Shown here one piece after another: positions 1 to 8,972 of a DNA stretch of 64,000 nt. A model generated the notes under the pieces. It made no database searches and was not told the DNA's origin. It worked only from the letters and a program-made list of their open reading frames with translations. How positions within the stretch are numbered: position 1 is the stretch's first letter; the number at the start of each line of letters is the position of its first letter. Position numbers and translations under genes: made by a program. The DNA comes from an uncultured Bacteroides sp. (lineage in GTDB: Bacteria; Bacteroidota; Bacteroidia; Bacteroidales; Bacteroidaceae), in the NCBI GenBank assembly GCA_947074205.1, contig CAMTOQ010000014.1, positions 400-64,399 on the forward strand, written 5' to 3'.

Positions 1-1202
1 TAGCCAAAGAGATTAAACAAAGGCTTTACGGCAACAGAATTGTAATGTTTGCACCTTTGTATCTTTCCAACTACTGTGTAAATGGTTGTGTATATTGCCC
101 TTACAAAGCAAAAAACAAGACTATTGGGCGTAAGAAACTCTCACAGCAGGAGATTGAGAAAGAAGTTATCGCTCTACAAGATATGGGCCACAAACGTCTA
201 GCTCTAGAAACCGGTGAGCACCCTACCCATAGCCCCATAGAATACGTATTGGAGTCAATCAATACCATATATAATATCCATCATAAAAATGGTGCCATCC
301 GCAGAGTAAATGTTAATATTGCCGCTACCACTGTGGAGAACTACAGCAAACTAAAAAATGCAGGAATCGGCACCTATATATTGTTTCAAGAGACCTACAA
401 TAAAGAGAATTACCAGAAGCTCCACCCCACCGGCCCTAAAAGCGACTATGCTTACCACACAGAGGCAATGGATCGTGCTATGGAAGGGGGTATAGACGAT
501 GTGGGCATTGGTGTGCTCTTTGGCCTCAACACCTACCGTTATGACTTTATCGGTATGATGATGCATGCCGAACACTTGGAAGCTCGCTACGGTGTGGGTC
601 CACATACCATCAGCGTGCCGCGTATCTGTCCTGCCGACGATGTAGATACGAAAGAATATCCAAATAGTATCTCTGACGAACTATTCAAACGTATTGTGGC
701 AGTGACTCGCATCGCTGTGCCTTACACAGGTATCATCGTATCCACTCGCGAATCGGCAGCCTCGCGCCAAGATGTATTAGAAGTGGGCGTATCGCAACTC
801 AGCGGCGGATCGCGCACCACCGTGGGCGGCTATGCCGAAGAACAAACCGAAGATACTTCACAGTTTGACATCAGCGACCAACGCACGTTAGACCAAATAG
901 TGGAATGGCTATTCGATCTAGGCCATATCCCAAGCTTCTGCACCGCCTGCTACCGTATGGGCCGCACGGGCGACCGTTTTATGGCACTCGCCAAATCGGG
1001 ACAGATAGGTAACTGCTGTGCACCAAATGCACTTATCACGCTACGCGAATATCTAAGCGACTACGCTACTCCCGAAACCAAGAAAAAGGGCGAAGCGATT
1101 ATAGCACGCGAAATAGAAAAGATACCTAACGAGCGTATTCGCGACAAAGCAAAGAAAAATCTTCAAGAGATTATCGAAGGTAAAAGAGACTTTAGATTTT
1201 AA
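1..1202 (+). CDS. hydG: [FeFe]-hydrogenase H-cluster radical SAM maturase HydG (5' end outside window)
   Basis: Frame open from the window start (AKEIKQRLYGNRIVMFAPLYLSNYC). Radical SAM CxxxCxxC (CVNGCVYC), FQETY motif, C-terminal auxiliary-cluster motif FCTACYR...GNCC; followed by hydF. Confidence 0.95.
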   Translation, partial: AKEIKQRLYGNRIVMFAPLYLSNYCVNGCVYCPYKAKNKTIGRKKLSQQEIEKEVIALQDMGHKRLALETGEHPTHSPIEYVLESINTIYNIHHKNGAIRRVNVNIAATTVENYSKLKNAGIGTYILFQETYNKENYQKLHPTGPKSDYAYHTEAMDRAMEGGIDDVGIGVLFGLNTYRYDFIGMMMHAEHLEARYGVGPHTISVPRICPADDVDTKEYPNSISDELFKRIVAVTRIAVPYTGIIVSTRESAASRQDVLEVGVSQLSGGSRTTVGGYAEEQTEDTSQFDISDQRTLDQIVEWLFDLGHIPSFCTACYRMGRTGDRFMALAKSGQIGNCCAPNALITLREYLSDYATPETKKKGEAIIAREIEKIPNERIRDKAKKNLQEIIEGKRDFRF

Positions 1203-1207
1203 TATAT

Positions 1208-2395
1208 ATGAAACAGACTGAAACTCCTCAAGCCAACCGACTGCATATAGCACTCTTTGGCAGACGCAACAGTGGTAAATCTTCTTTGGTTAATGCTATT
1301 ACTAATCAAGATGTAGCCATAGTATCTGAAACTCCCGGCACAACTACCGACCCCGTGAGCAAGACAATGGAGATACATGGCCTAGGCGCATGTCTATTCA
1401 TCGACACCCCGGGCTTTGATGATGAAGGGGAGCTAGGTGAACAACGTGTGGAACGCACAATCAAAGTAATAGATCGAGCTGATATTGCTATACTTCTTTG
1501 TCAACCCGATATGGAGCTGGAAAAGCCTTGGTTGGAACGCCTAAAAGAGAAAAATATCCCAGTTGTAATGATACTCAACAAAGCTGATATTCGCAATAAT
1601 ATTGAGCAGTCTGTATCCGAAATAGAGATTTCTACTGGATCTAGGCCACTTATTGCTAGCGCTAAAACCGGCGAAGGCATAGAATTGATACGCGAGGCTA
1701 TATTAGAGAAGCTTCCCGAGGATTTCGGTCACCAATTTATCACCGGTGGACTTGTGGGAGAAAATGATTTGGTACTGCTTGTGATGCCTCAAGACATTCA
1801 AGCGCCCAAAGGGAGATTGATACTGCCCCAAGTGCAAACTCTACGAGAGTTGCTAGATAAGAAATGCCTTGTGATGAGCTGTACCACCGACAAACTGCAA
1901 CAGACGTTGAAAGCATTGGCCTATCCACCTAAACTGATTATCACCGATTCGCAAGTTTTTAAAACGGTATACGATCTGAAGCCAGCCGAGAGCGGGTTGA
2001 CTTCATTCTCAGTACTATTCGCTGCCTACAAAGGTGATATCGCCTATTATACAGAAAGTGCAGCAATGCTGAACAATTTAACTATCAATTCTAGAATATT
2101 GATTGCCGAAGCCTGCACTCATGCTCCTTTGCGCGAAGATATAGGTCGCGAGAAGCTACCACGTATCTTACGACAAAAGGTTGGACAAGAACTACGTATC
2201 GATATAGTAGCAGGACGCGACTTCCCCGAGGATCTTTCGCGTTACGACCTTATCATACAATGTGGAGCATGTATGTTCAATCGCCGCTATGTAATTAATC
2301 GTATTGAGCAAGCCAAAAAGCAAGGTGTGCCAATGACTAACTATGGCATTGCTCTGGCTAGCTTAAGCGGCATACTGGACAAAATCACTGTATGA
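1208..2395 (+). CDS. hydF: [FeFe]-hydrogenase maturation GTPase HydF
   Basis: P-loop GRRNSGKS, TTTD, DTPG, NKAD; C-terminal CTH...QCGACM Fe-S ligands; APKGRLILPQ motif. Confidence 0.95.
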   Translation: MKQTETPQANRLHIALFGRRNSGKSSLVNAITNQDVAIVSETPGTTTDPVSKTMEIHGLGACLFIDTPGFDDEGELGEQRVERTIKVIDRADIAILLCQPDMELEKPWLERLKEKNIPVVMILNKADIRNNIEQSVSEIEISTGSRPLIASAKTGEGIELIREAILEKLPEDFGHQFITGGLVGENDLVLLVMPQDIQAPKGRLILPQVQTLRELLDKKCLVMSCTTDKLQQTLKALAYPPKLIITDSQVFKTVYDLKPAESGLTSFSVLFAAYKGDIAYYTESAAMLNNLTINSRILIAEACTHAPLREDIGREKLPRILRQKVGQELRIDIVAGRDFPEDLSRYDLIIQCGACMFNRRYVINRIEQAKKQGVPMTNYGIALASLSGILDKITV

Positions 2396-3870
2396 AGAAG
2401 AACTTGCCCATTGCTACTGTAGAAAAGCTAAAAGCTGAAATCGCCTCCTATCTCGAAGATGACTCTGTCACCATTGATGAACGGATACTGAATGTTAAAA
2501 ATAAACTTTTACCACGTATCCAAAAAGAGAAGAAAAGCCTAGTAGATAAGGAATACTACTGCTGTCTTCTTTGGGTTTATGCCTGTTTTCTAGATAAATA
2601 CGCCTATTACCATGAAGCTAGAACGATCTATGAGGAATTGCTACCTTTGTCCATCTGCTGCTACGGCAAACAAGCAGAATTGACTGGGGCAATATACAAC
2701 AACCTCGGATCGGTCTTTGACATGTTGGATTTATATAACAATGCGTTAGACTCCCTTAAGAAGGGATTAAGAATCTACAAAAAGGTATATGGAGAGGAGC
2801 ATGAAGAGGTAGCAAAAGTCTACCTCAATCTTAGCTATACACACGAGCATCTTGGCGAATACAAGAAGGCTTTAAAGTATGGCAAGCAAGCGCTACTTAT
2901 ACGCGAGCAGGCTCTAGGCATAGAGAATAGTGATACCGCCACAAGCTACAACAGTATCGGCTTGATTTACGAAGAGATGGGAAGTTTGGCACAGGCAAAG
3001 CACTATTTTTCTATTGCCCTCGATATACGTAAGAAGATATTTGGAGACAATGATGGTGATACAGCAGTAAGTTACAATAACCTAGGGCTGATTTACTTCC
3101 GCGAAGAAGATTATCAGACGGCACTGCACTTTTACCAGAAAGCACTAGAAATCAATCTCCGACTAATGGGAGAGCACTATAGTAACACAGCTCTCTGTTA
3201 TCACAATATCGGCGCTGCTTACGAGTACCTTAATGACACGGATTCTGCCCTACTCTACTATCAAAAAGGTTTAGAGTGCCGACGCAATCTATATGGCGAA
3301 ATTCATAGCGAAGTGGCCGAGAGCTACACTAACTTAGGCGTTCTTCACAGCAAGTTGGGTAATCTTCAAGAAGCCCTTGAGCTCTATCATAAGGCCATAT
3401 TGATTGTCGAGAAAACTGTAGGCAAGAATTGCCCTGCCATAGCTCGTCTTTACTTCGGAATTGGCAATATCTATCTCAAACAAGAAGATTATACGAAAGC
3501 AATATTGCTCAATGAGAAAGGTGTAATGACACTCGAGAAGGTTTTCGGCAAATCGCATCAGGATACTATTCTAGCCTACCACAACTTCGCTACATTGCTT
3601 CACGAGCTTGGTGCGATAGAGCAAGCCATCATCTTCCATAGAAAAGCGATAAGGCAAGAAGTGAAACTATACGACAAGTTCGATATCAATCTAGGGCAAA
3701 GTTATTATGAGTTGGCTACTGCTCACTATCTTCTGCAAGATTACAAAAAGGCATTGAGCTATCTACTGAAGGCGTATAGCATTTATAAGAGGAACCTTGG
3801 AAGCGAGCATCAAGACACTGTTGTTTTAGCAGAAAGTATTAAACTGATAAGGAATCATTCAAAGAGCTGA
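2392..3870 (+). CDS. Tetratricopeptide repeat protein (42-aa kinesin-light-chain-like TPRs)
   Basis: About nine repeats of the type A.SYNNLG.IY...G....AL..Y.KAL.I.....G..H; no signal peptide; ATGA overlap with hydF stop. Confidence 0.85.
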   Translation: MKKNLPIATVEKLKAEIASYLEDDSVTIDERILNVKNKLLPRIQKEKKSLVDKEYYCCLLWVYACFLDKYAYYHEARTIYEELLPLSICCYGKQAELTGAIYNNLGSVFDMLDLYNNALDSLKKGLRIYKKVYGEEHEEVAKVYLNLSYTHEHLGEYKKALKYGKQALLIREQALGIENSDTATSYNSIGLIYEEMGSLAQAKHYFSIALDIRKKIFGDNDGDTAVSYNNLGLIYFREEDYQTALHFYQKALEINLRLMGEHYSNTALCYHNIGAAYEYLNDTDSALLYYQKGLECRRNLYGEIHSEVAESYTNLGVLHSKLGNLQEALELYHKAILIVEKTVGKNCPAIARLYFGIGNIYLKQEDYTKAILLNEKGVMTLEKVFGKSHQDTILAYHNFATLLHELGAIEQAIIFHRKAIRQEVKLYDKFDINLGQSYYELATAHYLLQDYKKALSYLLKAYSIYKRNLGSEHQDTVVLAESIKLIRNHSKS

Positions 3871-4658
3871 CGCACTTTCTTGATAGAAAGAACAGGAAGC
3901 AAAGCGCACGACGGCAGAAGGAAACAGATAGTTACACAAATCTTGGCAAAAAGGCCAATGATAATGCGTCTTCTCCCCTTCCAAAGGGCTTTAAGAGATT
4001 TTCTTGCGACCTCAGCCGGAGACTGCATCAGCCCAAACATCAACAACTTACTACGAGTAGAAGCTGCTAATTTATAAAACTGGGTATCAATAGCTCCTGG
4101 CATCACTACAGTGACTTTTACACCTTGATGTCTTAGTTCATAGTATAGAGATTGGCCAAAAGATCTAAGATAAGACTTTGTAGCACTATAGGCGGCTATA
4201 GCGGGAAAGGGCATCCATGCCGACATGGAAGACATAATCAAAATGTAGCCCTTCTTGCGTTTGCTCATCTGTGCGCCAAAGGCACGACAGAGTAGAGTTG
4301 GTATCACACAGTGTAGATTCACAATCTGCTCAAGCCGTTGTGATGGTGTTGCTACTACTCCTCCAAAAACTAGCATTCCTGCATTGCATATCAGGACTTC
4401 AACTTCTAAAGCCCGTTCGTCGACAAATTCCACTAGTCTATCTACAGAGGAAGACAAAGATAGGTCCAAATTGATAGGGATTATCTCTACATTACAATTT
4501 GATTTCACCTCTGCTACCACATTAAGATTACCTTCTGGGTTATTGCTCACTAAAACAATATTATATCCTATAACAGCTAATTGGCGAACAAACTCTTTGC
4601 CTACACCCGACGACCCGCCCGTAACAATAGCATATTTTTTATTGATGTTTTCTTTCAT
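3855..4658 (-). CDS. Short-chain dehydrogenase/reductase (SDR)
   Basis: TGGSSGVG Rossmann motif, NAG, YSATK catalytic motif. Start moved to the ATG of MKENINKK. Confidence 0.9.
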   Translation of the reverse strand: MKENINKKYAIVTGGSSGVGKEFVRQLAVIGYNIVLVSNNPEGNLNVVAEVKSNCNVEIIPINLDLSLSSSVDRLVEFVDERALEVEVLICNAGMLVFGGVVATPSQRLEQIVNLHCVIPTLLCRAFGAQMSKRKKGYILIMSSMSAWMPFPAIAAYSATKSYLRSFGQSLYYELRHQGVKVTVVMPGAIDTQFYKLAASTRSKLLMFGLMQSPAEVARKSLKALWKGRRRIIIGLFAKICVTICFLLPSCALLPVLSIKKVRQLFE

Positions 4659-4752
4659 ATTGACTAAATCAGATAGCAGACATAAAGATAAAAGTAATTG
4701 TTTAACATTCACCCATTTTATTCATAGAAGCTTAATATTTCGAGGTTTTAAA

Positions 4753-4778
4753 GAGTACGTTATAAGTTTATTACCGTC
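4753..4778 (+). promoter_or_regulatory. Putative ECF sigma promoter GAGTAC-N16-CGTC for the GH141 operon
   Basis: GAGTAC gttataagtttattac CGTC, 39 bp before the ATG at 4818; same motif at eight other operon starts. Confidence 0.75.
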
Positions 4779-4817
4779 TATTAATTACACCCTTAATCAC
4801 TTTGAAAACACTATTAT

Positions 4818-6698
4818 ATGAAGAAACTGTTTGTTTACTTTATAAGCGCTCTACTTTCATTACACCTCTTACAAGCACAAGAATTGTACGTTTCCACAAA
4901 AGGAGACGATAAAAACGAAGGAAGTAAGTCGGCACCATTAAAGAGTGTATCACACGCTATAAAACAAGCTCGTGAGTGGCGCAGATTGAACCATCCAGGA
5001 ATAGAAAATGGAATCAGCATTATCCTGGATGATGGAGTTTACAACGAAACTACTGCTCTATTTCTTCGTCCCGAAGATAGTGGCTCATCTCAATCGCCTA
5101 CCTATATAAAAGCGGCAGAAGGAGCCAAAGCTGTTATCAGTGGAGGTGCGCCTGTTAAGGGGTGGCAGAAAGGCTCAAGCGACCCACGGATAGATCCAAA
5201 ATTTCAATCGAAAATCTGGTGGACTGATGCTCCTTTATTGGGCAACCGTAAAATAGAATCAAGACAAATGTGGGTAAATGGGGAGAAGGCTCAACGGGCG
5301 TCTCAATTTCCTAACGGCAAGTTAGAGCGTATGGTCGACTTCGATCCTATCACCGAAACCATTACTATACCAACACCAAGCATCAAGGGCTGGCAGAATG
5401 GCAAACAATTGGAGATGCTTATTCATCAACGTTGGGCTATTGCTATCCTACGAGTATCGTCTATCGAGCAAGAAGAGGAAAATTCGGTTATCAGATTTCA
5501 TCAACCCGAAAGCTTTTTAGAGTTCTCACACCCCTGGCCTCAACCAGTGATAAATGGTGAAAAAGGGAACTCATCTTTCTGCCTGATGAATGCACTTGAG
5601 CTTCTCGACGAGCCCGGAGAATGGTTTCAAGACTATCCTTCAGGACGTATCTACTATCTTCCAAGAGTTGGAGAAGATATGGAATCTGCCGAAGTTATTA
5701 TCCCTGCACAAGAAACACTTCTAAAGATTGCAGGCTCACCCGAAAGACCTATCTCGCACATTCACTTCAAGAATATTCACTTTGAGCACGCTGCTTGGAT
5801 GAGTCCATCTTATGAAGGTCATGTCACTCTTCAAGGTGGTTTCCCGATAATTGATGCTTACAAACTACAAACACCCGGACTTCCCGAGAAAGCAGAACTA
5901 GAGAATCAAGCATGGATCAGAAGACCCGAATCTGCTATAACTGTCAGTTATGCTAATCATATTTCATTCGATGGTTGCACCTTCCAACATTTGGGTGCCA
6001 CAGGCCTAGATCTTGTTGAAGGGGTCGCCAACAGCCAAATAAGCAACTGTCTATTTACCGATATTGGAGGAACGGCTTTACTTATTGGTACATTCCCCGA
6101 TGAAGGATTCGAGACACATATCCCTTACAAACCTGCACATATCGAGAAACTTTGTACTGATATAGATATTCATAATAACCTTATCACCAAAGTTACCAAT
6201 GAAGATTGGGGTGCAGTAGGAATAGGGGCTGGCTATGTCAAGGGAGTAAATATTACTCACAATGAAGTTTCGCACGTTAATTACTCAGGAATCTGTATTG
6301 GCTGGGGGTGGACTCCATTGGAAAGCGGTATGAGCGATAATCGAATAGAATCAAATTACATCCATCACTTTGCCCAACAGCTTTATGATGTTGGTGGAAT
6401 ATATACGCTATCTAACCAACCACGCTCCACCATCAAAAACAATAGAATAGATAATCTAGTTGATGCGCCGTATGCAACAAATGACCGCGCCTTTTATATC
6501 TATTTCGATGAAGCCACCGATGGTTTCACTGTTGAAAACAACTGGTGTCCCGAAGAACTATTTGGTACTAATCGCCCTGGCCCTAATAGCCATTGGATAA
6601 ATAATGGGCCGAATGTAGACGAAGATATCAAGCTCCGAGCTGGTAGAATCACTAACGACAATCTTCTGAATATGAAACTTACTTTACAAAACTATTAA
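4818..6698 (+). CDS. GH141-family beta-helix glycoside hydrolase (alpha-L-fucosidase-like), secreted
   Basis: Signal peptide; YVSTKGDDKNEGS N-terminus; LDEPGEWF; parallel beta-helix repeats; DVGGIYT and IYFDE motifs carrying the likely catalytic Asp residues. Confidence 0.75.
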   Translation: MKKLFVYFISALLSLHLLQAQELYVSTKGDDKNEGSKSAPLKSVSHAIKQAREWRRLNHPGIENGISIILDDGVYNETTALFLRPEDSGSSQSPTYIKAAEGAKAVISGGAPVKGWQKGSSDPRIDPKFQSKIWWTDAPLLGNRKIESRQMWVNGEKAQRASQFPNGKLERMVDFDPITETITIPTPSIKGWQNGKQLEMLIHQRWAIAILRVSSIEQEEENSVIRFHQPESFLEFSHPWPQPVINGEKGNSSFCLMNALELLDEPGEWFQDYPSGRIYYLPRVGEDMESAEVIIPAQETLLKIAGSPERPISHIHFKNIHFEHAAWMSPSYEGHVTLQGGFPIIDAYKLQTPGLPEKAELENQAWIRRPESAITVSYANHISFDGCTFQHLGATGLDLVEGVANSQISNCLFTDIGGTALLIGTFPDEGFETHIPYKPAHIEKLCTDIDIHNNLITKVTNEDWGAVGIGAGYVKGVNITHNEVSHVNYSGICIGWGWTPLESGMSDNRIESNYIHHFAQQLYDVGGIYTLSNQPRSTIKNNRIDNLVDAPYATNDRAFYIYFDEATDGFTVENNWCPEELFGTNRPGPNSHWINNGPNVDEDIKLRAGRITNDNLLNMKLTLQNY

Positions 6699-6715
6699 TA
6701 CATATTATAAATTAT

Positions 6716-8959
6716 ATGAGACCTACTAATTACCACTTATTCGACTTTATGGATTTCGATACAGAACTCTCTAAAGACGAATCACTATGGAAATCTTACC
6801 CACCCACAGCTGTATATGAAACAGATGGGGATATTTATATTAATATTCCATTCCAGAAACAAATCCTGTCAAGCGATATGCTGGCAGATTCGACTGTAGC
6901 ACCTGAAGTACACACACTAGTGCTGCGTCAATACTCGCAAGGAATATTGAGACTCTATATGGACCTCAATGGTGCGGCCATGAACGAAGAATCAGAGATG
7001 TTGCAGTTTAGCAACCGTATTCATAGAATGCCACTAATCACCGTGCAAACAGAAGATGGATGGGATATAAAAACACAAGATGGTATTCGCCGAGCTCAAG
7101 TCTACCTTAAACAGCCTGAGCTAGATCATTGGAGTGACCTGCTGCCTGCTCCTCAGCCTACATTCGATTTGCGATTATATCCTGATGGCAAGCGAGAGAT
7201 TCGCCTATCAGCATACGATCATTTTTCACCACCACGCTATGACGCGCTACCACTAGCTTTCTGCAAGAAAGATGGTAATCGAGAACGCGCTACCTTGTCT
7301 TTTGAATGTAAGTCTGACGAATGTTTCGCAGGCACAGGGGAACGATTTGCTAAAATGGACTTGAGCGGTCAATCTTTCTTCTTGAAAAACCAAGATGGAC
7401 AAGGAGTAAACAATAGACGTACGTATAAGAATATACCTTTCTACATTTCTAGCCGCATGTATGGAGCTTTCTTTCATACTTGTGCATATAGCAAGCTTTC
7501 TCTAGCATCGCACTCCACACGATCTGTACAATACCTTAATGACCTATCACAGGTAGATATTTTCTTAATTGGAGGAGACAGTATTGAAGAGATTCAACGT
7601 GGTTATCGCGATTTAACGGGCTATCCATCAATGCCTCCACTATGGAGCTTTGGTATTTGGATGAGCCGCATGACCTATTTTAGCGCGGATGAAGTTAGCG
7701 AAATTTGCAATAGAATGCGCGATGAGCACTATCCATGCGACGTTATTCACCTCGACACTGGATGGTTTGAAACCGATTGGCTTTGCGAATGGAAATTCAA
7801 TAAGGAACGCTTTCCTGATCCTAAAGGATTTATCACTGATTTGAAAAACAATGGCTATCGAGTTTCCCTTTGGCAGTTGCCCTACGTAGCAGAAAATGCC
7901 GAACAGATAGACGAAGCACGGGCCAATGATTATATTGCTCCATTAACAAAGGTTCAAGATTCGGAAGGTTCCAACTTCTCGACTCTTGATTATGCTGGGA
8001 CTATAGACTTTACTTCTCCTGAAGCTACAGAATGGTACAAGGGACTACTAAAGAATCTTCTCGATATGGGCGTAACTTGTATCAAGACTGACTTTGGAGA
8101 GAATATACATATGGATGCGAAATATAAGAACATGCCTCCCGAACTATTGAATAATCTCTACTCTCTACTTTATCAAAAGGCGGCTTATGAGATAACAAAA
8201 GAGGTTACTGGCGATGGTATTGTATGGGCACGTTCGGCATGGGCAGGATGTCAGCGTTACCCTCTTCATTGGGGTGGTGACTCTTGTAGCTCATGGGATG
8301 GTTTGGCAGGCTCACTAAAAGGAGGCTTGCACTTCGGATTATCTGGGTTTGCTTTCTGGAGCCATGATGTACCTGGTTTCCATACACTATCCGACTTTAT
8401 GAACTCGGTAGTTGAGGATGATGTTTATCTACGTTGGACTCAATTTGGTGTTTTCTCCTCGCATATCCGCTATCATGGCACGAATAAGCGCGAACCTTGG
8501 CACTATCCTGCAATTGCTGATAGCATCAAGAAGTGGTGGAAGCTGCGTTACACATTACTTCCCTACATTGTAGAACAGAGTGAAAAAGCTGTCTCCAGTG
8601 GATACCCTCTATTACGTGCATTGATCTATCATCATCCCGAAGACAAGATGTGTTGGCATATAGATGATCAATATTACTTTGGTGATGACTTCTTAGTTGC
8701 ACCGGTTATGAATAGTGAAAACAGACGTAGTGTGTATCTTCCAGAGGGTGATTGGGTGAATTTGTTCACAGGAGAGCGATTTGAAGGCTGTAAATGGTAC
8801 AATGACATTGAGGTGCCATTGGATGAAATGCCAGTATACGTGCGAATGGGAAGCACTTTGCCAATCTATCCGGAAGATGTAGAGTGCACAGACGAGATGG
8901 ATTTTAAAAAGACAATCTCAATACATATTGATGAGAACTTTAAAGGAATGTGGAATTAA
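6716..8959 (+). CDS. GH31 alpha-xylosidase-like hydrolase, cytoplasmic
   Basis: YKNIPFY, HLDTGW, nucleophile motif IKTDFGE (YicI-type), acid/base WGGD, RYHG; no signal peptide. Confidence 0.88.
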   Translation: MRPTNYHLFDFMDFDTELSKDESLWKSYPPTAVYETDGDIYINIPFQKQILSSDMLADSTVAPEVHTLVLRQYSQGILRLYMDLNGAAMNEESEMLQFSNRIHRMPLITVQTEDGWDIKTQDGIRRAQVYLKQPELDHWSDLLPAPQPTFDLRLYPDGKREIRLSAYDHFSPPRYDALPLAFCKKDGNRERATLSFECKSDECFAGTGERFAKMDLSGQSFFLKNQDGQGVNNRRTYKNIPFYISSRMYGAFFHTCAYSKLSLASHSTRSVQYLNDLSQVDIFLIGGDSIEEIQRGYRDLTGYPSMPPLWSFGIWMSRMTYFSADEVSEICNRMRDEHYPCDVIHLDTGWFETDWLCEWKFNKERFPDPKGFITDLKNNGYRVSLWQLPYVAENAEQIDEARANDYIAPLTKVQDSEGSNFSTLDYAGTIDFTSPEATEWYKGLLKNLLDMGVTCIKTDFGENIHMDAKYKNMPPELLNNLYSLLYQKAAYEITKEVTGDGIVWARSAWAGCQRYPLHWGGDSCSSWDGLAGSLKGGLHFGLSGFAFWSHDVPGFHTLSDFMNSVVEDDVYLRWTQFGVFSSHIRYHGTNKREPWHYPAIADSIKKWWKLRYTLLPYIVEQSEKAVSSGYPLLRALIYHHPEDKMCWHIDDQYYFGDDFLVAPVMNSENRRSVYLPEGDWVNLFTGERFEGCKWYNDIEVPLDEMPVYVRMGSTLPIYPEDVECTDEMDFKKTISIHIDENFKGMWN

Positions 8960-8972
8960 CAAATAAGAATAG

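Noticed and set aside
1-2395. Functional link between hydrogenase maturases and the corrinoid system
   Set aside because: Only adjacency; separated by the TPR and SDR genes, and the hyd promoter is outside the window.
3855-4658. SDR as part of the methyl-sugar pathway
   Set aside because: Divergent from GH141, but the ECF-type motif points only toward GH141; the sequence looks like a generic SDR with a hydrophobic tail.
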